From a virus: a stretch of 64,000 nt of DNA. Below are positions 1 through 9,274 of the stretch, one piece after another. How positions within the stretch are numbered: position 1 is the first letter of the stretch; each line of letters begins with the position of its first letter. Location: positions 96,001 through 160,000 of the IMG/VR virus record IMGVR_UViG_3300025122_000005. One strand, 5' to 3'. The notes beneath the pieces are model-generated. The model was not told where the DNA came from, ran no database searches, and saw only the letters and a program-made list of their open reading frames with translations. Made by a program: the position numbers and the translations under genes.

Positions 1-2
1 GA

Positions 3-830
3 CAATATCAAGGCGGTGCTGAAATGAGCTTGCAAACCATAATTGAGAATTCTCCATCTAAGCAGATCGGAGCGATAAACTCTAATCTCTTGAATGAGAA
101 GCTCATTTCAGATAATAAAAAAGCAAAATGGATTTTTGGTAATATCGCGAATATGTCTCCTGAAATTTTTGAGTTGATTCAAAAACATGAGATTGAATAT
201 TCATTTATTGAATTTGATTATAAATTTTGCAAACATCGCAATCCTCTTTTATACGAGATGGTTGAAGGCGAAAAGTGCGACTATGGTGAAACGGAACAGG
301 GTGGAAGGATAAAAAGATTTGTTGAAAATGCTAAATCTATATTTTTCATGTCAGAAAAACAGAAACAAATTTATCTTGAATCGATAAACATTGCCGATTC
401 CGGAAAGGTGCATGTTTTGTCCTCGTTGTTTGGAAAAGAGTTCTTCGAGGTTGTGGAATCTTTCAGAGAACAAGCAAAGGGAAGAAAGAAGGGCAATTGG
501 GTGGTTTTGGGATCCGATAGTTGGGTCAAGGGTGCTCAAGAGTCTGAAGAGTGGTGTAAGAAAAACAATCTAGAATACGAAGTATTGTGGGGATTAAAAC
601 CGATACAATTTCTAGAAAAGTTGGCTCTATCTAAGGGCGTGTGTTTCAAGCCAGGAGGATTAGACACGTGTCCTAGATTTATAATTGAGGCAAAGTTGCT
701 AGGGTGTGAACTGGAATTAAATGAGAACGTTCAACACCGCGAAGAAGAATGGTTTAACAAAGATCATGAGGAAATCGTAGAATATCTCAAATCTAGACCG
801 TCTTATTTTTGGGAGAACGCATTTTGTTAA
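3..830 (+). CDS. GT-B (GT4-like) glycosyltransferase, 5'-truncated by window edge
   Basis: Frame is open from position 3 (QYQGGAE-MSLQ), giving a GGAE motif typical of GT4 N-termini. The C-terminal DTCPRFIIEAKLLGC resembles the GT4 E-x7-E region. Confidence 0.65.
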   Translation, partial: QYQGGAEMSLQTIIENSPSKQIGAINSNLLNEKLISDNKKAKWIFGNIANMSPEIFELIQKHEIEYSFIEFDYKFCKHRNPLLYEMVEGEKCDYGETEQGGRIKRFVENAKSIFFMSEKQKQIYLESINIADSGKVHVLSSLFGKEFFEVVESFREQAKGRKKGNWVVLGSDSWVKGAQESEEWCKKNNLEYEVLWGLKPIQFLEKLALSKGVCFKPGGLDTCPRFIIEAKLLGCELELNENVQHREEEWFNKDHEEIVEYLKSRPSYFWENAFC

Positions 831-1621
831 ACGAAGAAGAATGTTTGATAGAAAATCACTTCACCATAGTAATACTTTCCTATAACAATGAGAAGTGGAT
901 TGAAAAAAATGTAAATTCTGCTATTAAGCAAGAATATGATAAATTTGATATTCGGTTTATAAATGATGCGTCAATTGATAAAACGGGCAAATTAGCAGAG
1001 AAGTTATTTAAAGAGTGGAGAGCAGGACCAAATGAAGATAGAAAGTTGTCCGTTGTGCATAACACTGATAATACTCGTGCCCTCCCTAATCTTGTCTCTG
1101 CAGTCAATTGCGCCCGTCCAGACTCCATTATAGTGGCTCTGGATGGTGATGATTGGTTGGCAAATAGATATGTGTTACAACATCTCAATGAGGTGTATCA
1201 AGATCCAAATGCTTGGATTACTGCTGGCTCTTACATCGAAAGCGTCGACGGGACGGTGGTTAGACCACGAGTGACAGATGATTATTGGACGGGGAATATA
1301 CGCCACAAGGAGTGGACCTTTTCTCACTTGAGAACATTTAGAAAAGAGCTTTTTATGAGCATCAAAGAGGAAGACATGAAAGATGCCGATGGTAATTTTT
1401 ATAAGTTCACTTGGGATAGAGTTATAATGTACCCAATGATTGAAATGGCCGGACCCAAACATTTTAAACCGGTAGACAAAATAACATATGTTTATAATCG
1501 AGATAATCCATTAGCTGTTGATAAGGTCCATCGAACCGATCAGCTTCGAATTGAAGCAGAACTAAAAGCAAAACAACCTTATGATAGATTAGAGGAACTT
1601 CCAATAAGTGACTACCTCTAA
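809..1621 (+). CDS. GT2 family glycosyltransferase
   Basis: FTIVILSYNNEKWIEK..SAIKQEY..IRFINDAS N-terminus and DxD-type motif LDGDDWL. Exact start uncertain. Confidence 0.85.
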   Translation: MGERILLNEEECLIENHFTIVILSYNNEKWIEKNVNSAIKQEYDKFDIRFINDASIDKTGKLAEKLFKEWRAGPNEDRKLSVVHNTDNTRALPNLVSAVNCARPDSIIVALDGDDWLANRYVLQHLNEVYQDPNAWITAGSYIESVDGTVVRPRVTDDYWTGNIRHKEWTFSHLRTFRKELFMSIKEEDMKDADGNFYKFTWDRVIMYPMIEMAGPKHFKPVDKITYVYNRDNPLAVDKVHRTDQLRIEAELKAKQPYDRLEELPISDYL

Positions 1622-2579
1622 AAAATTCAATATTTTAATGTGCTCCCGCCCTGGAGGAGATCGCGGACCTGGTCTCACTTTTAGTCATCATGTCGATGCC
1701 CTAAATCAAGACAAATTAGAAAGATTTAATGTGGAAGAGATCTGGAATCTTAAGCAGGGTGACGATATTAGCCAGTTCGATGTATTCTGGTTTTATGCTA
1801 AAGGATTCAATCCAACTTTATATTTTAATTTAAAACAAAACTTCCCTAATAAGAAGTTTGTTTTTGGACCAAATGTTCTCTTAGATTACCCAGACATAGG
1901 CGCAGCAGATGAGTGGGATCAGTGGTTTGTGAGAGAGGTCGCGTTTGACTTGTATATCGATCAAGTTGAGTTTTACAACAATCATGTTAAGAAGTTTTTG
2001 AGAAAAGACTTGGTTCATAAAGCTGATTATCTAGATAAGTGTGTAACCTTTGATATAGACCCAGAGATTATAAACAACAAGAACATAGAATATGATTGTC
2101 TTGTTTACTCCAAAAGAAGAAGGTACGATGACAACTATTTCGATTTTCACGAAGGCATAATAGATCTTCTAGAAGAAAACGATTTATCTTATATTGAATT
2201 AACTTATGGCAGCTATAAGCGAGAAGAGTATTTTGATGCGCTCTTGAAGTCCAAGTGTTGCATTAACTTAAGTCTAGACGAGTGCCCAGGCATCGCAACA
2301 TATGAGGCGATGTTTTTAGACGTTCCAGTGATTGGTTCTCCGCATAATACTCCGAGTATATTTGATCAAAACTTTTGGGTACACGATACAGATAGAATGA
2401 CAGAAAAGTATCTTAAGAGAAAAGACGGATCTGCTATCCCTTATATTGAGAAAGTAAAAGAATTCTTGAATGGTGACCTTAAGCCGTCAATCTCTCCGAG
2501 AAAATATATTCTCAAGCATGCTGGTTATGAGCGATATGCAAATGACGCTTATGATTTAATGATTAAATATTGTGGGTGA
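1608..2579 (+). CDS. Putative GT-B glycosyltransferase
   Basis: C-terminal SLDECPGIATYEAMFLDVPVIG matches the GT4-like E-x7-E donor-binding segment; cluster context. Confidence 0.6.
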   Translation: MTTSKKFNILMCSRPGGDRGPGLTFSHHVDALNQDKLERFNVEEIWNLKQGDDISQFDVFWFYAKGFNPTLYFNLKQNFPNKKFVFGPNVLLDYPDIGAADEWDQWFVREVAFDLYIDQVEFYNNHVKKFLRKDLVHKADYLDKCVTFDIDPEIINNKNIEYDCLVYSKRRRYDDNYFDFHEGIIDLLEENDLSYIELTYGSYKREEYFDALLKSKCCINLSLDECPGIATYEAMFLDVPVIGSPHNTPSIFDQNFWVHDTDRMTEKYLKRKDGSAIPYIEKVKEFLNGDLKPSISPRKYILKHAGYERYANDAYDLMIKYCG

Positions 2580-2585
2580 AATGAA

Positions 2586-3419
2586 GTGGGTTTAGGTGGG
2601 TATCTAGCATGGACAGCAGTCGCCAGAGAGGTGGCAAACAAGCTCTCTGAGGGACTTAAAGTGTTACCCTGTGAGGGTGATGGCAAAAACGTTAATAAAC
2701 TGCTTAGAAGTCCAGTATTCGAGAATAACCCCTATATTTACAAAAATGGAGACGGTGACGAGGCATTTCCTCTGTTTTTAAACAATCCTCAAGCAAATTA
2801 TTGCAAGAATGACACACCAATTAAGGCTTATCATAGGGGCGACAAACACATAATAGAACAGATGTGTGAATTTTATGGCATTGAAAACCCCGAACTTAGG
2901 TGTGAATTATACTTTACAAACGCTGAAAAAGAAAGAGTGAACAAGCTTTTAGAGGGATTGGAGTCGAAATTCATTACTATAGAACCGTATTCAAAGATGA
3001 ACTACACCAAAAACAGGTCCTACCCACTGGAAAACTGGCAAAACATAGTAGAAGCCTTAAAGGATAAGGTTCAAATAGTCCAACTAGGGACACACGCCGG
3101 ACCTTTGTTGAAAAACGTTGTAGATTATAGAGGATTGACATCGTTTAGAGAGGCAACGATATTAATTGGCCATTCCGAGTTGTTCTTGAGTACAGAGGGA
3201 GGGCTAGTACATGCTGCAACCGCCGTAGACACACCTTCCGTGGTAATAATAACTGGATACCAGGACGAAAGAATGGTAGCATATCCCCAAAACATTAATA
3301 TCAATATTGCAAATCACGGACCTTGTGGGCTTAAGGTAGAATGCCCTGAGTGTGTAGAAGACGCATCTAATCATGATGAAAAAGAAATTATTGACAAAGT
3401 ACTAGAGTTTCTGCTATAA
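2586..3419 (+). CDS. GT9 family (ADP-heptose:LPS heptosyltransferase-like) glycosyltransferase
   Basis: GLGGYL N-terminus, YPLENWQNIV, VQLG, SFREATILIGHSELFLSTEGGLVHAATAVDTPSVVI (GT9 D/E-S/G-G-x-x-H-x-A signature). Adjacent to HldE-domain genes. Confidence 0.75.
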   Translation: MGLGGYLAWTAVAREVANKLSEGLKVLPCEGDGKNVNKLLRSPVFENNPYIYKNGDGDEAFPLFLNNPQANYCKNDTPIKAYHRGDKHIIEQMCEFYGIENPELRCELYFTNAEKERVNKLLEGLESKFITIEPYSKMNYTKNRSYPLENWQNIVEALKDKVQIVQLGTHAGPLLKNVVDYRGLTSFREATILIGHSELFLSTEGGLVHAATAVDTPSVVIITGYQDERMVAYPQNININIANHGPCGLKVECPECVEDASNHDEKEIIDKVLEFLL

Positions 3420-3420
3420 T
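3391..3420 (+). promoter_or_regulatory. Consensus sigma70 promoter TTGACA-N18-TATAAT with extended -10 (TGn)
   Basis: TTGACA 3391-3396, TG 3412-3413, TATAAT 3415-3420; overlaps the end of the GT9 gene, just upstream of ATG 3427. Confidence 0.75.
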
Positions 3421-3426
3421 TCGCTT

Positions 3427-3825
3427 ATGGCTAAAAAAACAATATTTACCAATGGGTGTTTTGATATACTTCACCGTGGCCACATCGAGCTTCTAAAGTT
3501 TTGCAAATCGTATGGTCGTGTTATCGTGGGTCTTAATAGTGACAAAAGTGTGCGAAAATTAAAGGGACCTTCCCGTCCTGTCTTCTCGGAAAACGATAGA
3601 AAATTTATGTTGGAGTCCTGCAAATACGTGGACAAGGTGCACGTCTTTGAAGAAGACACTCCCATTAACTTGATTAGTAAGCTAAAGCCGGATATAATTG
3701 TGAAAGGTGGAGATTATGAAGAAGAGGATGTCGTCGGAAAAGACGTATGTGAATCTGTTATAATCTTTAATTATTTAGATGGATATTCAACAACTGAAAT
3801 CATTCAAGATATTAGTGATAGGTGA
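3427..3825 (+). CDS. hldC: D-glycero-beta-D-manno-heptose 1-phosphate adenylyltransferase (HldE/RfaE domain II)
   Basis: FTNGCFDILHRGH (HxGH-type), VGLNSDKSVRKLKGPSRP, DIIVKGGDY, YSTT. Confidence 0.88.
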   Translation: MAKKTIFTNGCFDILHRGHIELLKFCKSYGRVIVGLNSDKSVRKLKGPSRPVFSENDRKFMLESCKYVDKVHVFEEDTPINLISKLKPDIIVKGGDYEEEDVVGKDVCESVIIFNYLDGYSTTEIIQDISDR

Positions 3826-4564
3826 TTCCTGTACGGATGTATATAACTACGGTACGTGCAATAGGATAAGTCCAGAAGCACCCGTCCCGATATTAAAGAC
3901 AACCTATGTAGAAGAAAAGCCTGGGATGGCTTTGAATGTTCAGAAGAATTTAGAAGCTTTTGGGCATGAATCTATGATATTAACAAATTCCGAAGTTATA
4001 AGAAAAGAAAGGTATGTAGATCAGAAGACGATGCAACACCTCTTAAGAGTCGACATCGGAGAAGAATCACCTCTCCAACCAATGGACAAAAGACTTATTA
4101 GAACAATCAAAGATTCCGGGTTTAAATATGATTGTGTTGTAGTCTCGGATTATGATAAGGGATTTATATGCAGTGATAATTGCGAAGACATAATAAGTGC
4201 CTTGAGAGATGAAGATACTGTTGTTTTTGTTGACTCGAAGAAACAGGACCTGTCTTGTTATCAAGAGTGCATAATAAAGCTGAATGAATTTGAATATGCA
4301 AATATTGAAAAGGAACCATTCAACTCAGAAGTAATAGTGACTTTAGGGTCTCAGGGTGCCAGATGGAGAGATCAGGATTTCCCAACAGAACCGGTTAATG
4401 TATTCGATGTTTGTGGAGCGGGAGACACGTTTATGGCAGCGTTTGTCACTGCTTACATGTCTACTTTTTCTTTTCCAGAATCTATCAAATTTGCGAATAA
4501 GTGTGCAAGACTATCAGTTAAAAAGTTTGGTAATTATGTGGTATCATTAGAGGACTTGAGATGA
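3779..4564 (+). CDS. hldA: D-glycero-beta-D-manno-heptose 7-phosphate kinase (HldE/RfaE domain I, PfkB family)
   Basis: ILVIGDSCTDVY.YG.C.RISPEAPVPIL, VVSDYDKG, DVCGAGDTF anion-hole motif. Confidence 0.88.
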   Translation: MDIQQLKSFKILVIGDSCTDVYNYGTCNRISPEAPVPILKTTYVEEKPGMALNVQKNLEAFGHESMILTNSEVIRKERYVDQKTMQHLLRVDIGEESPLQPMDKRLIRTIKDSGFKYDCVVVSDYDKGFICSDNCEDIISALRDEDTVVFVDSKKQDLSCYQECIIKLNEFEYANIEKEPFNSEVIVTLGSQGARWRDQDFPTEPVNVFDVCGAGDTFMAAFVTAYMSTFSFPESIKFANKCARLSVKKFGNYVVSLEDLR

Positions 4565-4881
4565 TTTATGTTTTTGATATCGATAATACAATTTGCGAGA
4601 CTGTAAACAGCGATTATAAAAACAGTATACCTATAAAAGAAAGAATTGATTCAATAAATGAGTTATACGAAAATGGTCATACAATAATATTTAATACGGC
4701 TAGAGGAATGGGAAGAACTAGAGATAATATTTTACTTGTTTACGAGATGTTTTTCGAGATGACAAAAAACCAGCTGGATAGTTGGGGAGTTAAATATGAT
4801 AAGTTATTTATGGGTAAGCCATCGGGCGATATTTATGTTGATGACAAGGGCATAAAAGATGACAGATTCTTCAAAATATAA
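4561..4881 (+). CDS. Small HAD-family phosphatase (capsule-biosynthesis phosphatase type)
   Basis: DIDNTI motif I, TARG motif II, GKP motif III, YVDDK motif IV. Confidence 0.8.
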   Translation: MIYVFDIDNTICETVNSDYKNSIPIKERIDSINELYENGHTIIFNTARGMGRTRDNILLVYEMFFEMTKNQLDSWGVKYDKLFMGKPSGDIYVDDKGIKDDRFFKI

Positions 4882-5224
4882 ACCAAAATATGTCCCAAAA
4901 GGATGGGGGCACGAGCTTTGGATAGTAAATAAAGAAGAATATTGTGGGAAACTGTTGTTTATAAAGAAAGACAAGAAATGTTCGTGGCACTTTCACAGGT
5001 TGAAGGACGAAGTGTTTTATTTGCAATCTGGAAAGTTGTTGGTAAGATATTCAGACAAGGGAGATATTAACGAGTGTAAAACGTTGATTATGAATCCGGG
5101 AGACTCTTTTCATGTTTACAGGCTTCTGAAACATCAAATGGAGGCTCTGGAGGACTCGGAGTTGTTTGAGTTCTCTACACAACATTTTGATAGCGATTCA
5201 CATAGGATTATAAAAGGTGATTAA
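4859..5224 (+). CDS. Cupin-fold sugar isomerase (mannose-6-phosphate isomerase-like)
   Basis: VPKGWGHELWI, SWHFHRLKDEVFY (H-x-H-x4-E), H-Q-M metal ligands. Confidence 0.75.
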   Translation: MTDSSKYKPKYVPKGWGHELWIVNKEEYCGKLLFIKKDKKCSWHFHRLKDEVFYLQSGKLLVRYSDKGDINECKTLIMNPGDSFHVYRLLKHQMEALEDSELFEFSTQHFDSDSHRIIKGD

Positions 5225-6853
5225 ATGAAAGTAGCGAGTGCTTGGTCGGGACACGACTGTTCGTTTTGCATATTGGACAATGGCCATCCAGTTGTCCATG
5301 CAGAATATGAAAGATATATAAGAGAAAAGGAGCCAGCCGGTGATGGAGTTCAATTTATGTTCGATGAATACAAAGCTCATCGAGATATTAAATATTTTGC
5401 GACCAATTATTCTTTTTCTAAGTTAGAGAATCATCCAGAGTCTCTTAGCAAACTTAAAGGAATATTAAAGCAAAATGGAGGAGAGATATATGTCGTAGGG
5501 CACCACCAAGCTCATGCAGCAAACGCATTCTTTTCTAGCAACCATGATAAAGCCTTGATTTTTACAATGGATGGTGGCGGCTTTGAAACAGAAGACGGAT
5601 TTATCACGGCTTTTACAGTCTGGGAAGGAAAAGATAACAAGATAAAGCCTGTGCATGTTTTCCCAATCCGAGATGTTAACATCGGTGGTGTTTGGACCCG
5701 CGTGACACGTTATGTCTTCGGACTGCAGTCGGGCTGGCCAAGAGGGCATCAAGCCGGAACGGTGATGGCGATGGCTTGCATGGGAGATAGTAAAAAATAT
5801 TTTAAAGACTTTGACAAGATGTTGAGATCAGACTCAGCCGCCGCCTGCTTTAAACCCCACACCCAACCAAGAGGTGCCAATGTTGGAACGGACCCCAAGC
5901 ACCCATATCTTTGGAAGTGGACCGAAATAGCACAAAGAGGCGAGCAAGAACAATTTGACCTAGCTGCAGGTCTTCAATCGGCTACAGAGGTGTACATGAG
6001 GGAAATAATAAAGATGTTTGTCGATAATCATCCGAATATTGAAAATCTGTGCTTTGCAGGCGGTGTTTCGTTAAACTCGGTAGTAATGGGCAAAATGTTA
6101 GACTGGTTTCCAGGCAAGAACATATATGTAACACCAACCCCTCATGATGGCGGTTTAACTCTGGGTGCAGCACAGCTTGTGTGGCACCACACTCTTGAGA
6201 ACCCAAGAATCTTATGGAAGGATAACTTCACACCTTATTTGGGATGCGACCATTCAGATCTTGTTGAGAAGACTATCAACAACAGAAAAGAGGAAATAGA
6301 GTCTGTAAAAGTAACAGACGAAGAGGTCATAAGCCTTTTGGATCAGCAAAAGATTGTTGCCGTCTTTGGCGGCGGTTCGGAATCAGGACGCCGCGCCTTG
6401 GGGAATCGTAGTATTCTGGCGGATCCTAGAAGCAAGGATATGAAAGAGATTATTAATGAAAAGGTGAAGCATCGTCAATGGTTCCGACCATTTGCGCCCT
6501 CCATCTTGAGGGAAGAGGTTAGCAATTGGTTCGAAAAAGACAAGGACAGTCCATATATGAGCTTTGTGCTTCAGTTTAAAGAAGAAAAGCAAAAAGAGGT
6601 TCCAGCAGTTGTTCATTTTAATGGATCTGCGAGACTTCAGACTGTCACTGAGAACGATAACGAGTGGTATTATAACTTTATAAAAAAATGGCACGCTAAG
6701 AGCGGTGTCCCAATTCTACTTAATACGAGTTTTAACGATAGAGAACCGATCTGTGAAACCCCGGAACATGCAATAAACTGCTTTCTAGGGACAGAGATAG
6801 ATTATCTCTATTTTTATGAGCAAGGTCTCTTGGTTAAAAGGAGAAATAAATGA
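5225..6853 (+). CDS. O-carbamoyltransferase, NodU/CmcH family
   Basis: GHD N-terminus, HHQAHAA, DGGG, AGGVSLN, RALGNRSILADPR, KHRQWFRPFAPS, SARLQTV, LLNTSFN. Confidence 0.93.
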   Translation: MKVASAWSGHDCSFCILDNGHPVVHAEYERYIREKEPAGDGVQFMFDEYKAHRDIKYFATNYSFSKLENHPESLSKLKGILKQNGGEIYVVGHHQAHAANAFFSSNHDKALIFTMDGGGFETEDGFITAFTVWEGKDNKIKPVHVFPIRDVNIGGVWTRVTRYVFGLQSGWPRGHQAGTVMAMACMGDSKKYFKDFDKMLRSDSAAACFKPHTQPRGANVGTDPKHPYLWKWTEIAQRGEQEQFDLAAGLQSATEVYMREIIKMFVDNHPNIENLCFAGGVSLNSVVMGKMLDWFPGKNIYVTPTPHDGGLTLGAAQLVWHHTLENPRILWKDNFTPYLGCDHSDLVEKTINNRKEEIESVKVTDEEVISLLDQQKIVAVFGGGSESGRRALGNRSILADPRSKDMKEIINEKVKHRQWFRPFAPSILREEVSNWFEKDKDSPYMSFVLQFKEEKQKEVPAVVHFNGSARLQTVTENDNEWYYNFIKKWHAKSGVPILLNTSFNDREPICETPEHAINCFLGTEIDYLYFYEQGLLVKRRNK

Positions 6854-7797
6854 AAATTCTAGTAACTGGTGTCCTTGGCGTGATAGGGAGCAAGTTAGAA
6901 GAAATCTTGAAGATAAGGGGTCATCAAGTATTCGGTGTTGACCTTTATCACACAGATCGAACTTATGGTCACGGAATGGGCAAAGTAAAAGATGACGATT
7001 ATTTCCGCTGTGACATCGGAGAATTCCGACAGATAGAGCAAGTAATCGAATATGTAAAACCAGATCTGGTGTATAACTGCGCGGCAGAGTTTGGACGATG
7101 GAATGGCGAAAACTTTTATGAAAAGGTTTGGAAGTCCAATGTTATCGGAATGAAGCACATTGTTAGACTCCAAGAAAAGCACGGGTTTAAACTGGTTCAT
7201 TGTTCTTCTTCAGAGGTCTACGGTGATTACGAAGGCATCATGTACGAAGACGTTCTAAATCAAACTCCAATTATTCAAATGAATGATTATGCGATGAGTA
7301 AAAGAGTGAACGAGATGCAGGTTCACAACTCTCGTTCCCAATTCGGCACAGAAACAGTGTTGGTAAGGTTCTTCAACACTTATGGTCCCGGGGAATGGTA
7401 TCATCCATTCAGAAGTGTTAACTGTCTTTTTACATATAATCTTTTGCATGGAAAGCCGATTACCGTGTTTAAGGGTCACTCTAGAACCAGCACCTACATA
7501 TATGATAGTGTTCGGACCTTAGCGAATATTGCTGATAATTTTATAGATGGCCAAACTTATAATATTGCTTCAGATCAGGAGCACACCATTGAGTTGTTGG
7601 CACAGACTTTGGTGAAGTACACAAAAGCAGACCCTTCTTTGGTTGATTATCGAGAACATAATGAAATTTTGACAACAAAGCACAAGCACGTTGACGCATC
7701 AAAGTCTGTCAGAGACCTGGACCACAAAAACACTGTCACTCTTGAAGAGGGGGTGTGGGAGACGGTTCAATGGATGAAAGAGCATTATAGATTATGA
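6850..7797 (+). CDS. NAD-dependent epimerase/dehydratase (extended SDR)
   Basis: ILVTGVLGVIG Rossmann motif, SSSEVYG, YAMSK (YxxxK), RFFNTYGPG. Confidence 0.9.
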   Translation: MKILVTGVLGVIGSKLEEILKIRGHQVFGVDLYHTDRTYGHGMGKVKDDDYFRCDIGEFRQIEQVIEYVKPDLVYNCAAEFGRWNGENFYEKVWKSNVIGMKHIVRLQEKHGFKLVHCSSSEVYGDYEGIMYEDVLNQTPIIQMNDYAMSKRVNEMQVHNSRSQFGTETVLVRFFNTYGPGEWYHPFRSVNCLFTYNLLHGKPITVFKGHSRTSTYIYDSVRTLANIADNFIDGQTYNIASDQEHTIELLAQTLVKYTKADPSLVDYREHNEILTTKHKHVDASKSVRDLDHKNTVTLEEGVWETVQWMKEHYRL

Positions 7798-8351
7798 TCT
7801 GGAATGAGATTGTTTGCTTAGGCGATTCGATAACTTACGGAGCCAGAGATGAATATGCTCGTTCTCCAACTATTGAACTGTCGAAAATAATGAAAGAGAA
7901 GACGGGAGAGGTTTACATTTGCCACAATTATGGAATAAGTGGAGAGACAAGCGTTGATTTACTCAAGAGGACCTGGAGAGCCTGCTCTTCACACAAGGTT
8001 GCAAATATTGCATTTATTATGATCGGCACGAATGACACTCAGAAGGCAATACCTCCGGAAATTTATGAAGACAACTTGCGTCAAATAATTGACATATGTA
8101 AAATACACGGCATGCATATTATAATATCAACTCTCCCAAGACTTGGGATGACTCCGCTCTATTATAAAAATTCTTACTTGACTAAATCATACAATGATGT
8201 TATAATGAGCCTATCTACTGAACTTAATCTCGACGTTTGTGACATGTCCGGCATTGAGGAGCATTATGTAGACGGCGTCCACTTCACAAATGCTGGGCAC
8301 AAGGAAATAGCAAATAGATGGGCAAACAAAATCCTGACATCTCAAACCTAA
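7794..8351 (+). CDS. SGNH/GDSL hydrolase (putative O-acetyl esterase/transferase)
   Basis: Blocks GDSIT, GISG, GTND, DGVH (S-G-N-H). Confidence 0.88.
   Translation: MIWNEIVCLGDSITYGARDEYARSPTIELSKIMKEKTGEVYICHNYGISGETSVDLLKRTWRACSSHKVANIAFIMIGTNDTQKAIPPEIYEDNLRQIIDICKIHGMHIIISTLPRLGMTPLYYKNSYLTKSYNDVIMSLSTELNLDVCDMSGIEEHYVDGVHFTNAGHKEIANRWANKILTSQT
8178..8206 (+). promoter_or_regulatory. sigma70 promoter TTGACT-N17-TATAAT with extended -10, inside SGNH gene
   Basis: TTGACT 8178-8183, TG 8198-8199, TATAAT 8201-8206; about 110 nt upstream of the formyltransferase ORF. Confidence 0.65.
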
Positions 8352-9274
8352 AGACGCTCGTAATAGGGTGCACTCCTCTAGCAAGAAAAGTTATTAATTG
8401 TTTAAAAGAAATTTCTGACATAGTTGGGATAATTGGATTAAATGATACCGAGGGTCGCAAGAAATCAAATTATGATAGTTTGGGAGACTTCGAAAACACT
8501 TTTGATATGCTTTGGACTGGGGATATAAACGCAACAGGAGACTGGATAAAAGAAAGAAACCCAGATGTGGTGATTCAATGCGGATGGTCACAAATATTCA
8601 AACCTCATATATTAAAAATCCCAAAAAAATATTGTTTAGGAATCCATCCGTCTCCACTACCAGAAGGCAGAGGTGCTGCAGTCATTAACTGGAAAATAAT
8701 TGAAAGTGATGGAAAACCGGTTGAGTGGGGGAATAGTCTTTTTGTGATGGAGCCCAAAACGGATACCGGAGCCGTGCTGGATTTTGAACCATTTACGATA
8801 GAAGTGCGAGATGATGCTAGAACAGCATATCAAAAAGTTGATCTGACAGCTTTAAAAATGATTCGTAGAACAATACCTATGATTGCGGCAGGCGAAGAAG
8901 AATTAAAACACCAAGATGATTCTAGAGTTACAAGATACTATAAAAGAACGCCAAAAGATGGTAAGATAAGTTTATCTTGGTCTGCTATAAAAATTAGAGA
9001 TTATGTGAGAGCATTGGCTTCTCCATATCCTGGTGCATATATTGAAACAAGGTGGGGAAAAATAATTTTATGGAATGTTTCTATAGATTCTTGCAAAATT
9101 CACGGACCTCCTGGTTTGATATATCGGGTAGTAAAAGGAAGGGGACTCCTGGTCAAGGTTGCTGGATTTTTATGTGTATGGATGGAACGAATAACAGTAA
9201 ACGGTGCCGAACGCTGGGCTGACGAATGGGCTATAGAGTCAGGCATAAAAGAAGGAGAAGCCTTAATTGATTAA
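8318..9274 (+). CDS. Formyltransferase (FMT/ArnA-like, probable sugar N-formyltransferase)
   Basis: GWSQIF, GIHPSPLPEGRGAAVINW, DTG, plus FMT C-terminal domain (RALASPYPGAY). Start uncertain. Confidence 0.85.
   Translation: MGKQNPDISNLKTLVIGCTPLARKVINCLKEISDIVGIIGLNDTEGRKKSNYDSLGDFENTFDMLWTGDINATGDWIKERNPDVVIQCGWSQIFKPHILKIPKKYCLGIHPSPLPEGRGAAVINWKIIESDGKPVEWGNSLFVMEPKTDTGAVLDFEPFTIEVRDDARTAYQKVDLTALKMIRRTIPMIAAGEEELKHQDDSRVTRYYKRTPKDGKISLSWSAIKIRDYVRALASPYPGAYIETRWGKIILWNVSIDSCKIHGPPGLIYRVVKGRGLLVKVAGFLCVWMERITVNGAERWADEWAIESGIKEGEALID

Noticed and set aside
8318-9274. Methionyl-tRNA formyltransferase (fmt) call
   Set aside because: Same fold, but the glycan-cluster context and a second formyltransferase favour a sugar N-formyltransferase; gene symbol withheld.
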